Below, piece after piece: positions 37,850-50,349 of a stretch of DNA of 64,000 bases. The DNA is from Raillietiella orientalis (lineage: Eukaryota), in contig JAYWIR010000010.1 in the NCBI GenBank assembly GCA_036172245.1, positions 2,852,001 through 2,916,000 of the forward strand, read 5' to 3'. Within the stretch, counting starts at the first letter, position 1. Each line of letters begins with the position of its first letter. A program made the translations under genes and the position numbers. The notes under the pieces are model-generated. The model saw nothing but the letters and a program-made list of their open reading frames with translations. It did no database searches and was not told the DNA's origin.

Positions 37850-39360
37850 GTTCTTCTTAGCGACGGATGATTTCGGAAAAAAATAGAAATAAAATATGGC
37901 TTGGCATTTCATTCTGCAAAAGTTGTCGATCGGAACGATCCAGCATGTCAAGGGACATAAAAGCCATCGTGCCAAGGGTGGAAGCCAACTGTCTGAAAGC
38001 CCTCACAGCACTGCGATCTCCGAAGCAGCCGCAGTTTTGGCGTTCTATCCGACATCGTCTGTCTGCGCTCGCGGTACAGATCGAGAAGGTCACACCTGAC
38101 CCTCAGAACTGAGTTCTGAGGGAGCAAGAGAAAAATGGTCCCTATAAGATGCGCAGAATGGTCTCTGATCTCCCAATCTCCCAAACCATGAAAGTTGATA
38201 TTAACGAGCGTTGTGTAGGCTGGACTCATGGATGCAGGTTCAAGTCTGTGGTGGTGAGCTCTCTGTGGAAATGGAGGATGCTACCACAAGGTCCATTGAG
38301 TGTTCAGTTGGCAGCATCCTTCTCTTGACAATCCATATCGAATCCCTTCCAGTGCTCCTGAGAAAAGGTCCAGGTGATTTTTGTTTTCACCGTATTGAAG
38401 TTCATGAAACGTCCGACAGAGTGGGCTGCTGGGCATGGAACCTTCTCGTGCCGAGCCATCAATAAATAAAACCAATAATCGGAGAAGGTAAGGAGACCTG
38501 TCCAAAATGAAAGGCTCTCAACCTAACCGGGGACGTGACCGAGGTGAAAGTATAAATAGAGGAGGGAGGGAGGGATGCACCTATCTCGGGGTGGTAATCT
38601 TGATTAACGAGAGTCTGCGTTAGGTGCACGTGGACACTACTACTGGCTACGACCTAGTGTGTGCGCAACAGCCCTGAGTGTCGCTTTTGGAGCACCTTCC
38701 GGTTTTGGATATATCGTTGCACCTTACATGAGGGAGGCAGCGAACATAGGTGGCGACCACATTGTCCTTCCATACTGGATGTCACTGTTTCCGCTGCGTA
38801 GCTGGACATAACCAGCGAAGAGGCAGGTGGCAGGACTGAAGAGTTGAACTTCCGATCAGGCGCTGGGAGAGAGTCATCGGACAATGGGAGCATCCGTCCC
38901 TACTGAAGCATATGCGGAAGGATCGTCACTCTTCCGCAGTGACACGCTCCTTGGGTATCCTTCACGAGGATGAGTGTTGGTGCTCCTCATTCCAGAGGAG
39001 TCTCCAGTGCATGATTACCAGGATACTGGAAGTTTAGGGTAGGGCGCGATGAGTCTGTCGGGGGAATTCAGATCTCGAGGAGTTACTGAGAAATTTCGAG
39101 AAAATCTTTCAGTCCTAAGTAGTAAATCAAGGAGAGATCCTTTCCTCTTTTCCTTGTTGCGCACCTTTTGATAAAAGCATTGGATGATACTGGTACTCCC
39201 TGCTGTAATCGTTCTGAGATGCCAAGCTGGTTCAGACGCAAAAGACCCATCTTCTCTACTGGAGCCATGCAGCCAGTGGATGTCTGATGTCACGTTCAGC
39301 ACGGCTGCCCAGGGAGATGCAGAGCTAAGCATCCGCCGCATTTTTATGTTTTTCGGAATG
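37850..39360 (-). mobile_element. hAT transposase relic(s)
   Basis: VLNVTSDIHW..SFASEPAWH resembles VSLTxDIW..SxTAH. CGRHL resembles CxAH. SICTASADR..LGTMAFMS resembles the dimerisation-domain motif STASAER. Confidence 0.4.
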
Positions 39361-39530
39361 TCCCGGAGTGTTCTGAATGAGGTGCTTTTGAATCTATCGA
39401 GACGACCTTGGAGGACGCAGTCGTCTCTGGACGCTGGCGCTCAAAATCAAAGCCGGATCGTGCGATATTCCTCACTGCCTATTTTTCGGGGGAAGGTGTG
39501 TTCAGCTACCTGAGTGTTCCTTTGAGCCGA

Positions 39531-39554
39531 GCCTACTCTCTATAGAGAGTAGGC
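39531..39554. repeat. Perfect 24-bp palindrome GCCTACTCTCTATAGAGAGTAGGC
   Basis: Equal to its own reverse complement. Confidence 0.95.
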
Positions 39555-40359
39555 ACCAATTTCCTGCTTTGGCATTTCCGCTCCATCATTTCCAAAACAA
39601 TCAATGCCTTAACCGCGTGTTTGGCTTATGAGGATTACGAAAGTGAGGGCCGGAACGAACGCCTGTTTTCTCCTTTCTTTTTTTTAATCTCTGAAATGTA
39701 CACAGCGAGAAAGAGAACACAATGCCTCGGATGAATGAGCAGCGCGGCGAAATAGGCAATGACGGTGCTAAACCTAGTTTTGGGGTCGCTAATGGGTACT
39801 TCTGTTCGTTGAAAGAGTTAGCGTGAGTACTGTTAAAACCGTATCTGTCACATCAACTGCCACCCAGAGCTCGAAAAAAAAAAAAAATTCAAATTTCCGC
39901 GTTGCAGGGTGAATCATTAATTTACCAGTTTCAGTACCAAAGATGCTAATGGGATCCATGGCGCTATCGTGCCGCTGACTCAGCTAATGATCAATAAGCA
40001 TCCAGCGTTGAAAACAAAGCAAGTCAAGAGCAGCGAGCGAGAGCGGTGCAGGGGCACGGAGCACACGAGGTCTCTTCGTGTCCCCCCTTAACGAATTTAT
40101 TTTTTTTTTTCCTGAGCAAGAAAAAGGGGAGGACGATGATAATCCATGGCTACTGGTGGGAAAGGAATATACAGAAAAGGAGGAGAAGAAAGGGAGGAAA
40201 TGAGAACACCACCAGTAGGATAGCATTCGGTCGCATCTCCAGCAAGCTGGGAATCTTTTTCCAGCCACTCGAAAGTCCAATGAGGATCATTCCTGACGTG
40301 CTCAGGACGAAATCCGTCATCGCGATCTTCAGAACAACTCAGGTGGATCCACTTCCCAT

Positions 40360-41060
40360 CTGCTCACTCATCGACGGAATCAGGGAATAACGCCAGAAGC
40401 CTCAGGCGATACCAGAACCGGACGCTTCCGAGGGATGTTTGGACGAGTAGCGGTAGATTCTCAGAGTGTTTGCGTGGTGACGGCAACCACGTGTCGGATC
40501 TGAGCACGGAAGGGATCCTATTCTTTTCCAGGGAAAGTTCAACCATTCCCCGAAAAACTTTGCCGATAATTTCCAAGATAAGCAAGACGGCCGGATGTCA
40601 GATTCAGAATCGGGACATCCTTCTTCGAAAGTCTACTTGCCTGGAAATTCAGGAAACGGACTCCCTGGTTCAAGGAAATGAGACAAAGGTCGCCGGCTGC
40701 TGACTCGCTTCCCCTGGTGCCTCGGCTGTTATGGCTGTTATCGAGGCGCGCAGCGTATCGACACGGTAGACACCTACACAACCACGGAAGGCTTTTCGCC
40801 CAGCTGCGAGTTTCTGTTCCAGAGGAGGTAGTGGCTTCCGCTGACTTGCAGATACGATCGTTCCGGCAGAGTGCGAGCCTCAGCGGATCCCACAGCCCTG
40901 TTTTGTCTGGACGGGGAATCCCGGTCTGCTCCTGACCCTGCTGGCAAACACAGCCGCGCTTCCGACGACTGCTGCCGACAGATGCCTGCTGGGGCGCGAT
41001 TCGCGTGCCAGGCAAAGGCCCTCGCGACACTCCGGTTTTTCGCAGCATCCCGAAAAAGGT
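40360..41060 (-). mobile_element. Possible DIRS YR relic
   Basis: PRPDKTGLWDPLRLAL resembles the PxPxxxxWDxxxVL motif at the start of the DIRS YR catalytic domain. Confidence 0.25.
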
Positions 41061-41499
41061 CACGCATTCATCAATCGGAAAACTCTCCGCGAAAAATCCT
41101 CGCTTTCCTCCGGGATGACGAGCGTGGTCCCTAGCTCCATTCCCTTGGAGTGGATCCTAGTTCCCGGAAGTCCATACTCTTGGGGAGCTCTGCGGAGACT
41201 TCGAGAGCGTCACATCGCGTCCGCTGCTTTGCTAAGGAAACCAGAGGACTCGCGCCTGCATGTGGACGTCGTCTGTACGCGGCGCCACTGGCAGCCTCTC
41301 TGAACGCCCGGCGGCGAAGTCCCAGTTGCCATCCAGCCTATCGGGGTGCTCTCGTTTCATGGATGCTCAGCTGTAGAGGGCGCAACGATCGGGGGAAGAT
41401 GCACCACTCGAGTCCCTTATGTGCGTCTCGCCTTAAAAAGCCTCGAGGAAGTCTCGGGAGATTCGCTGGTCCTGCAGACTCCGCATGTCACTCTTTCAC

Positions 41500-43215
41500 G
41501 CCGGGGCGTTTATTTTATAACAAATAAACAAGTTGGAAACAAAGTTCCCAACAGAAAACAGAACAAGCAATGGAGAGCGTCCACCGGCACGCAGACCAGG
41601 ATAACGGAAGTTAGGAACGGGGCAGAGGATCGGGGGATAACAAAACGAAGAATTAAATGCGGTGGGATAGGACAGGGGTCCTTGAGATCGCTTCGGGAGG
41701 CACTGGGATAAAAACAAAAACACCAGGAAAGTATCGGAGCGAACGGGGATGGGGAATGCAAAAAAAAAAAAAAATTAAAGGGTGGGAGGGGACAAGGTTC
41801 ACCGGGGTCCGCCGTTCTTAACTGTCCATCAGCCGGCGGTGGATGCGGGCGATTTCTTCCTTTGCCTTTTCTTTCAGTTGAGGCCACCTTGCAGCCGTCC
41901 TCATGTAATAAGCTGCCAGATATTCGACCTCCCTTCGCTGCGCTATCGTCTCCATTGCGTAGCGGGCCGTAAAAATGGCTCGAAAAATGGCAGTCGCAAC
42001 GGACTGCTGCGACTGCCGCGCACCTGAAAACCCGTTGAGCGTCAGAAAACTCCGCAGCAGGTTCTTCGCAGTGTCCCCCTGGAGAGGGACGGCTAAAGCC
42101 AGCCTCCGTCACGGTTCGCGGAGGGCACCGCAGTCGAGCAAAAGGTGCGGGGACGATTCGATCGTCCCGCACCTCGAACAGCTCCGGGAGACGGCTCCCT
42201 TGGAAACGAGACTTCCATGGACTGGAATCCCGAGTGTAAAAACAGCAGCACCTCCTGTTTCCATAGCAAGGAAAACACTAAGTTGCACAAACGAGCGGGA
42301 GAAAGAGCTGGTTCTTCGGAGGAAATATTTGAAATTTCGCTCCACCTGAGAAGTCCCTTAGCCCGACTAGGAGGAGTGGCGGCGTGCACCAGCTCCTTTG
42401 TCTTCCAACTGCCAAGGAGCTTGATCTCTCCTGCGATGGTGCAGAAGAACTCCCACCCTGCCGGTAGGCCACTGTCATCGCTTGCCCTAAGGGCAGACAG
42501 TGCTGAGGCAAGACTCTGCAAGACTGAGAAAGATGTGATCAGGGATTCGGGGGAATTCCGCCAGAGAATTTGCCCGGCTTCTCCAAAAGCAGCAGAAAGC
42601 ACGATGAGTATAAGATGATAGGGTTGAAGGGTTGATGATAGGGTTCACCATCCGTGAAGGTGGTTTGGGTCCAAGGAGGAGAATCCAACCTCCTTTTCAG
42701 GGGCGAGACTCACTCGTCACTTCCGGAGGCTTTCCGTCTCCAAATACTTAAGACGGTTCATTTGGTTGAGAAACGTCACAACATTACTCTTGGTCATGTG
42801 CACAAAAACCGCTGTCACCAAAGACGCGCAAGACATCTTTCGCCTTCCAGCTTTAGATGATTCCACCAAGAAGAGAGGAGAGAAAATGGTCCAGCTTCAA
42901 TTATCGCCTTGTGAAAAGACTTCGTTTTGCGAACGAAAGCTCTGAATAGGGAGGAAGGAAAAAGAGGGTAGCAAGGATTCTTCCACTTGCAGGGGAGGCA
43001 CAGGCTTGACCCCAAGATGCAGAAGCTTTGGGATTCGAGTGCCACCTACTGTTCGTAGGTCCGTCTCCAAAGAAACGCTCTTTTCTTCTGGTTCCTTCCG
43101 AAGCTTTTTGTGCCTCAACACCTGGACAGAATCCAAAGAGCTTGCCATCGAGGACGTGAATTCCGTGCCGCCTGAACGGAAATTTGTGGCAGCGCACGTC
43201 ATTGGTACATTTCAT
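41500..43215 (-). mobile_element. Degenerate DIRS/Ngaro element (RNase H - methyltransferase-like - YR - 3' end)
   Basis: HGIHVLD and KSVSLETD (RNase H). WKNPCYPLFPSSLFRAFVRK..KAIIEAGP..SWWNHL (DIRS YxFPPxSLI..W domain). IAGEIKLLGSWKT (YR IKxLGxWKS). The terminal region shares ACCGG(C/T)ACGCAGACC with 10300-10314. Confidence 0.6.
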
Positions 43216-44231
43216 TTCTGCGTGTGACTGGAAACTTTATCATCTTGATGGATGCTTGAACTTTAGCACTTGCTACAGTTTTTTCCCTTCCGTGTCCGTA
43301 TTTTCGTGGGCAGCGTTTCCATGAACTCCGCTGAATGACCAAGGTCGACAGGAACTCTCTGGCCCATCACCCTGTAACATACCGGGTCCACCACGGACTG
43401 CGTGGGGGCGCTTTTTGCTCATCAGACGAGCCGAGCAATTAGCAGAGACTCTCAGCTCAGTAGAATACGAAATGGAGAACTGTAGCAACCGCAACCTGGT
43501 GAGGACCGTGGCGAGGCAGAAAACGAGGAGCACACAAGTTCCCTTGGATGACCGTCCGACACAATCGGCAAGGGAGGGAAGTAGGCAGTTTTCCTTCTTC
43601 GGTCCTCTACGCGACTAGAGAGGATAGACCAACAGAAAGAGTGAAACGGAGACTAGGGAGTAGATGCGCTAGGTCTGGGGCACTAAGGCGTGCATTGTGG
43701 GTAAGCGCCTCTGGAAACGAAGGCTCCTGTAGGGGCCCATGCGTCCAGAATTGAATTATAACTCCAGATAAAAAGGGCAAATGGGTCGAGATCCATCCTT
43801 CGACAAATCTGAGTTCTCAAAGGTGACAGTTTCGAAAGAAGAATTGGAACATTAAATAGGAGATGCAAGTGAGTTGGTTCTGTGAGGGAGAAAAAGGTCT
43901 CATGGAAGCAATCTGATCTGACACTCCGGAGAGTTCAGCAGCGTGCTGTTCTCTTCGGGAAACGCCCTTCAGGACAACCTGATGTGAATGTATGTTCCGC
44001 TTGCCTCGGTCCAGAAACTTTGCTCCCTGCAAGACCTTCACGGCGTTGCAAGTCTCTGGAAACTCAAAAGCAAGCTGCACTTGAGCATGTCGAGAAAAGT
44101 ACACTTTATGTAAAAGTATGCAGAATTGTGCAGCATCTCCGATGATGGGGTGTGTGTTCATGCTAGGGAGCTTCTCCACTTTCTGGAGATATCCATAAAA
44201 GTATTCCTGGAAGGCGAATTCGGTCGCATTC

Positions 44232-44668
44232 GATTTCTGTCGGGACCGATGTTGTTGCACTTTCCTCATGATCTGTATCGGTTTTTCCTCAGTTTAGTTA
44301 GCATTCTCCTCTTAGGGGAAGGAAGCAAAAGGTGCACTGTGTATACATCGTGTGTTCTTTAGATGCCACGACCTCCCTGCTGCTGCCTCTCTCTTGATGT
44401 CCACAAGAATGTCGTTGGTATGCACGAGGCATTCATGAATGACACAAGGCATTCATTTAATTCATGAATGCCTCGTGCATACCAACGACATTCTTGTGGA
44501 CATCAAGAGAGAGGCAGCAGCAGGGAGGTCGTGGCATCTAAAGAACACAAGATGTATACACAGTGCACCTTTTGCTTCCTTCCCCTAAGAGGAGAATGCT
44601 AACTAAACTGAGGAAAAACCGATACAGATCATGAGGAAAGTGCAACAACATCGGTCCCGACAGAAATC
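44232..44668. repeat. Long inverted repeat: 209-bp arms (44232-44440 and 44460-44668), 19-bp spacer, 1 mismatch
   Basis: The right arm is the reverse complement of the left arm except at one position (CATCG vs CATCT). Confidence 0.97.
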
Positions 44669-44729
44669 AAAGTGTTCCAGTATTTGAGAATCTCTCTGGA
44701 AAGAGACAAATAAACAGTGGTTTCGTAAG

Positions 44730-45830
44730 TCAGGGAGGGGAACGAAATCCGTGAACCGCCAAACCTAAGCTTTTTGTGCGCCGAAGAATTTCAAAGGTCA
44801 AGCCAAAGGAAGTTTTTAACTGGCAATAACCACGTCTCCGTTTCCCTCCTCGACTAAGATATGGTCCTAAAATAAATTGCAGTAAGGAAGGCAGGCATGC
44901 AGGGATTCTGAAAGGAACTGTTACGAGAGGAGAGTTTGTTGCCTTGGAATCTTGAAGGCAGACTCTTGGACCATCCCATGAGCCAGTAGTGAGACCCAAT
45001 GAGAGTACACGAGGGAACCAGGAAGCATCTTGACAGGATGAGAATCGCCGAGAACCACGGTTGATGGGGAGGGAGAAAAAAAAAAAAAAAGAGCAAAAAC
45101 TTTAGTGTATATTCCATTTCATAGCAACGGAAGAAGACTTTTCTAGATGCTTTGGAACAGTTCCACGTTGTCCCTGGAACCAGGAAACAAACCATCACGC
45201 GAAGCACCAGTGAGAGTTTCTCTAGGAAGGTTACCATCATTGTCCATTCATGAAATGGAAAATGAAGCAGGAGTTTTGCTCCTATAGAGACAGACTCAAT
45301 CAGAAAAGGGAGTGGTGTTGCAGCCTTCCTCTGACTGTGCTCATTTCCCCTTATTGTGGACATTGTCCTCTATGCTGTGTTCTATCACTCTCACAAGAGA
45401 AAACTTTTTTTTTCCAAGAGAATCCAGTCTTTTCCGTGCATGCATTTCCATCAACCGAAGATCCAAATCCACGCCCGATCAGTTCCTCTATATGATTCTT
45501 GCACTTTCAGGAAATCGGCTCCTAAGATTCAAGAGGATCACAAGAGAAACGATCGATCTTAATATGCCATTTACCTTGACAGCTTGTAGGCGAAAGGAAG
45601 ATCAGTTCCAATGCTGAAATTATTTTTCCATATCACAGGGATCACAAATAATTAGCAAATGCCCGTGACAACAAAACATTGCTTTTCCACGCTTTGAAAT
45701 CGATAGCCAGAGATGCCGGAAGAGGGACCGTTTGCGAAGAGGAATGGTAGGGAATGACTGCCGTTGAATTCTGATTTTGGCCGATGACATGGCAAACACC
45801 CTTTGGCTCGCCAGCACTGCTCTCATGCTT
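44730..45830 (-). mobile_element. THAP-domain ISL2EU-like transposase relic
   Basis: SFPTIP...RHLWLSISKR...LIIC is THAP-like. FLIESVSI..FHEW resembles FGISxSTVSRIFHEW. YEMEYTLKFL resembles YKxHNTLKFL. Confidence 0.5.
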
Positions 45831-46699
45831 TAAGGGCGATGGCCTCACATATAAAGAATGCAGGTTTCTTTATGTTTCGGAAAAGGAAGAGTAACCGTCG
45901 CATCATTAGCATATGAACTCTTGCCATTCTCATACACCATCAGACAAGCGGATAGTGTGGGTGTTGAACGATTCGACTTCATTCGCGGTAGCAATCGGTC
46001 TCTTCGACAACCTAGGATGGAGAGCCACCAGAGACAACAGTGTGGACGTCATTCCTCTGACACATTTTTTTTCAAGCAAAAATGGATGTCATCAGCTGTG
46101 AGCCTCAATGTCAGCTTCCAGTAGAAGGGCCTAAAGAATCAAGTTGAATGGAAGATCTCATCGAGAAAGTTTTGGCGCAGAGTTCAGGTCGAAATGACGT
46201 AATCATATCTTCAGTCACATCGCATCTCCTTCGAGTTTTCCCCTATCTCTTCCTCTGGAGAATGAGGAAGAGTCGATTCCATTAAAAATCGATGAGAGGC
46301 AGGAGTTCAGATGAAGGACATGGCGCTACAATCAGGAACAAAAAAAAAAAACTGCCTGAATGCAAGAGTGGCAATCGACTGAATCATAAGGCCTTATTCG
46401 TTCTCGACAACCCAGAGTAGACGACAGGAGTCCCTTCAGATGACCTATCTTTTTTTGAGTGCCTCAACCAGCCCGGAAGTTCTGGAGAACCCTTCTTTTG
46501 AAAAATCGAAAGAGCATCTCTCGCTAGCTTCATGCCACCGGGATCTTCCTAAGAGGAAGATTTGGGAAACTTTTGCTCCGCCTAAGAATAACAAATCCGT
46601 GCTTCACTTCGATCTTTGTAGCAACCTCGACACTTTCTCACAAAGTGAGCATCCTCCCAACCAATAAACGCAAAAGGGAAAACGGCGAAGAATTTAGTG

Positions 46700-47020
46700 C
46701 GGCTAATAACCGCGTTTGCTGCCAGGGATACTTGCCGGTCTTAAGTGTTTGGATGTGTCTGCCGAAGCTGCTTTCGGAAGATCAATAAGGGCTCCAGCAT
46801 GTTTGTGATTACATCTCATACATTAAGTTAAACCTTCGTTTCCCCTCAGGAGTGGAGGAAATCGTCAGAAATAGATTCGAGAAATAATTGTTCCGGGCGC
46901 AATTATCACCCAGGAGTTTCAGGAACACGTTCCGAATCGCCATCAATGTCTTTCGAAACCTCAGTGATTCACTGGGAAAAGTAAAAAATGGAAAAAAATC
47001 AGTCTCAACCTCTGCCAAGT
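46700..47020 (-). mobile_element. Possible Sola-like transposase fragment
   Basis: LKLLGDNCARNN resembles LxLFxDNCxGQNKN. Confidence 0.3.
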
Positions 47021-47323
47021 TCAGATAATGATCAGGAATATGGTTTGAAAATCGGATTCATCTTTGCATCATTAAGTGGAAAACCATCAATCATTCGTAA
47101 TATTCTTGGTATTCAAGGGTGCGTTTGAGAGAGAGTAACTAAATACGGCATTCCAGTAATTAATGGTGCTGAAGATAATCAGCACGTAAACATTTTCCTG
47201 TTTTTTTTTTTTTTTTTTACTGGATTTCGGAGCTAACATGAAATGAGACCTAAATAATCGAAAGAGTCAGTCAGACCACGACATAGTCATCAATGGATTA
47301 CCATTTGAAAAAGTTCATCATCG

Positions 47324-47760
47324 ATGGGAAGAACCTTTCGAGGACACAGACTTTGCGCTCTTGTCGTCCGACGTCACTCACCCGCGGGTCAGAAGGAGGG
47401 ATGCCATCCTTTTCCGGCTCCTCTTCCGATTCCTGCTCGTTTCCAAGGCAGCGAGCAGGATGAATCCGTGAAACTGTGCGCATGTCCTGCCGAAGCCCTC
47501 AAGCTTCAACTTCGGCATTCGAGAGAGAGTCAGCAGGTCAGCTCCCAATTCCCCCTGCGGAGGGTAGAACTCGAACCAAGCGACTCAACGTATTCTGTAC
47601 ATCGTGGTGTACAGCGTCTGTGGATTGTACTACGTGAAAAAGTATCTGCATGCAGGTGTCGCCGGAAGAGGTGCAGCTTGGTACGGCTTTGGAACACTTT
47701 AAAATGGTGTTTTAACCGTTCGACCAATCGAATTCCCGGTTCCCCTCGAATCCCTGCTAA
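47324..47760 (+). mobile_element. DIRS YR relic
   Basis: LCACPAEALKLQLRHS resembles LCPVxALKxYL, followed by decayed ..W..ST features. Confidence 0.4.
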
Positions 47761-50349
47761 ATTTGGAGCTACTCAAAAAGGAACGAAAAAAAAAAAAGAA
47801 AAGCGGTTGCGCCAGTTTGGCAATCTAACCAGTGGGACCAAAAATACAAAAGAGGAAATCTCTTTTTCTGTAAAAGTCCACCGGATATTTGGAATTATGC
47901 TGCTACCGCTACTTCACGCAAATCAGTCCGTGCAACAGGAAGGAGATTCCCAATGTCGAAAAAGAAAAAAAAAAAAGAAGAAACGAAACGAAACGAAACG
48001 CATGCAGAAATGCATGGCATTTCGCTCTGCATGCGTGCAGCTCGTTTTGAATGCATGAAAACAGCGCCGCGTATGTCCCCATCCCCTCGTTCCCTTCCCG
48101 AGCAGAGAAAGGACCAAGGTGCACGAAAGTTTCAGAGACCTTGCATTTTTCAGGAGCAGACGTTTGGTACCACCGGCGGCAGCATCCGAGCGCCGAAGCC
48201 TCGACGAAGCACGGGTTGGCGAGGTTGAGGGCAGAAGCGACCCGGGGAAGCCCTCGTTCGGTCTGCGTGCGCACAAGAAGCAACACATGGCCGTATCCCT
48301 GGAGGCCCACGGAACACAGCCGCAGTGGTCGCGGGTTTTCCTTCGGCCACGGGGACTTTCGGGAGGAAGAAGATTTACGTGGCAACGGATTCCGGGGAGC
48401 GTTTCTCAAGCGCCTTCCCTTTTCAAAAGGAAACTTCGAGATGCTCAGCATTGATTATTTTCCAAAAGGAAGCAGGGAGAAGGGGGAGGGGGAAGTAGTA
48501 GAAGGAAGAGAGATCCAGAAAACGCGCGCAAGATGCAGGTCTTCCCGGAGAAGGAAAACATGTTAATAGAAAACCGAGCTGAGAGAAATACCAACGAAAC
48601 CCATAGGAAAAATGTTTTTGGCTCTCTCCGAAAACACACGCGTGAAGAACGCTGTGCAAACACGCAGACGGGAGGGGAAATCTCCGATGTATGAAAAGTC
48701 TGCTGCTGGAGTGAAAGAACCGAGGAGGGTGCCGAACGAGCAAAAAAGAAAGCAGCAGGAAGGAGAGAGGAGGAGGGAGAGAGAGGGAGGACGGGGGAAA
48801 CCCCTTCTTGGTCCAGGGAAAAACATCCAATAACACCGCGCTCCTCCTAATTCAAGACACCTGGCTACAAATTAACCGCTCCCCGATAAAGCAGAGCGGG
48901 AAGCCATTGTTGGAGTCCCTTCTTTTTTTTTTTCCTTTTCCGTTTCCCGTCTGAACGCACAGTCGGGCAGTCGCAGAACGGCCAAGTGCTTCTTCCTGTT
49001 CGACGGCAGCGGGAACGCGTTCGCCGTTATTTTTTGCCTCGACTTCACCGGGAATGCGCCCTGAATTCTGCAGCCGGGGAATCAGGCTCCCGCAGATCTG
49101 CATGCAGCTTCCCCGCTCCTCAAAGGGAAGCGTTTCGATCCTCAAGCGAGTCCACGGTGTCGGACCGGGGCGGAGGGAAGAAAGTTTTGCAGTTTAACGA
49201 GCAGAGAAGCTCCGATCTCGAGCCGGAAGACACGTCTCGCACAGAAGAGAAGGATGCCCACGATCCTCCCGAAGACGTCAAAGAGCCCCAGTTCTGGAGA
49301 TGTGAAGTTCGGGCACACATGCGTGGAGCCCTGCTGACCTACTTCATGCTCGTGGGCATACTTGTTCGCGTATGTTCTGCATGAGCTCATGCGCAAGCTC
49401 TTGCAGGTATCAGTTGTTTCCCACAAGATGAATATTCCCAACCGCTTTTTATAGCAGTGGGAGTTTACCAAACTGGGGCCGTGTAAATCCAAAACACACA
49501 CGGTGTGCTTAGGCAACAGCCGCACGCAAAACTAACAAACACACGTGTGCGCACTTGGGCAGATGTCTTTGCAAAGTAACGCGAGCATCCGAATCGTAGG
49601 TTAGGGTAACACCAACACGTAGGCGGAACGGAGCGCCAGAGTGGGTTCCGCTGCTTGGGATCGTCAAGTGCTCCGATGGCAAAACGCAAAGAGAGATTTG
49701 CTCTGGTGATTCCTCAATGGCACTCTAAAGTAAGGTAACAGAATTACATCCATGTGATTGGGACAGTGAGAAGTCCGGGTTCTTAACATAACAAGCTTTT
49801 CGTCTCAAACACAACCATTGGCCAAAGGTCCAAAATCACCGATTCATGAAAGGTAATTAAATTACCGATTGACAGTGATGTCTGCTGAAGAAATGACCGC
49901 CATCGAATTAACGAATCCGGTGGATGCAAGGGAGTCACTGGATTGAACCTTAGTAAGAGTAACAGACTTCCAAGAAGAAGATGCTCCGTTGTTCTCCAAG
50001 TATTCGATCCTATGGGCAACATCTGTCAAAAGGACTGTGTGGCAAACAAGAGTAGCATCATTAATCATCCCATTCCCCTCACTCGGAAGAGGTGGCGGGA
50101 GCCTTGGATGATGCAGCACTTGGGTATGCTGAAGTAGCAACAAAACCTTGTGTTCCAGTAAGCCCCTCCTCCTGGAATGAGGCCTCCCTTTTTCACCATT
50201 TTGCCGCTGGCCCAAAACGTAGTTGATGTTTTCTTTCGTGTTTACTTATCCGCGGCGGCTTCCTATAACCGTGGCCGTGACTGTACGGTAAAGGATGTGA
50301 AGGATGCGAATGTGCAATGAGAAGGTCCCAAAGGCATCAGGAAAGGTAA

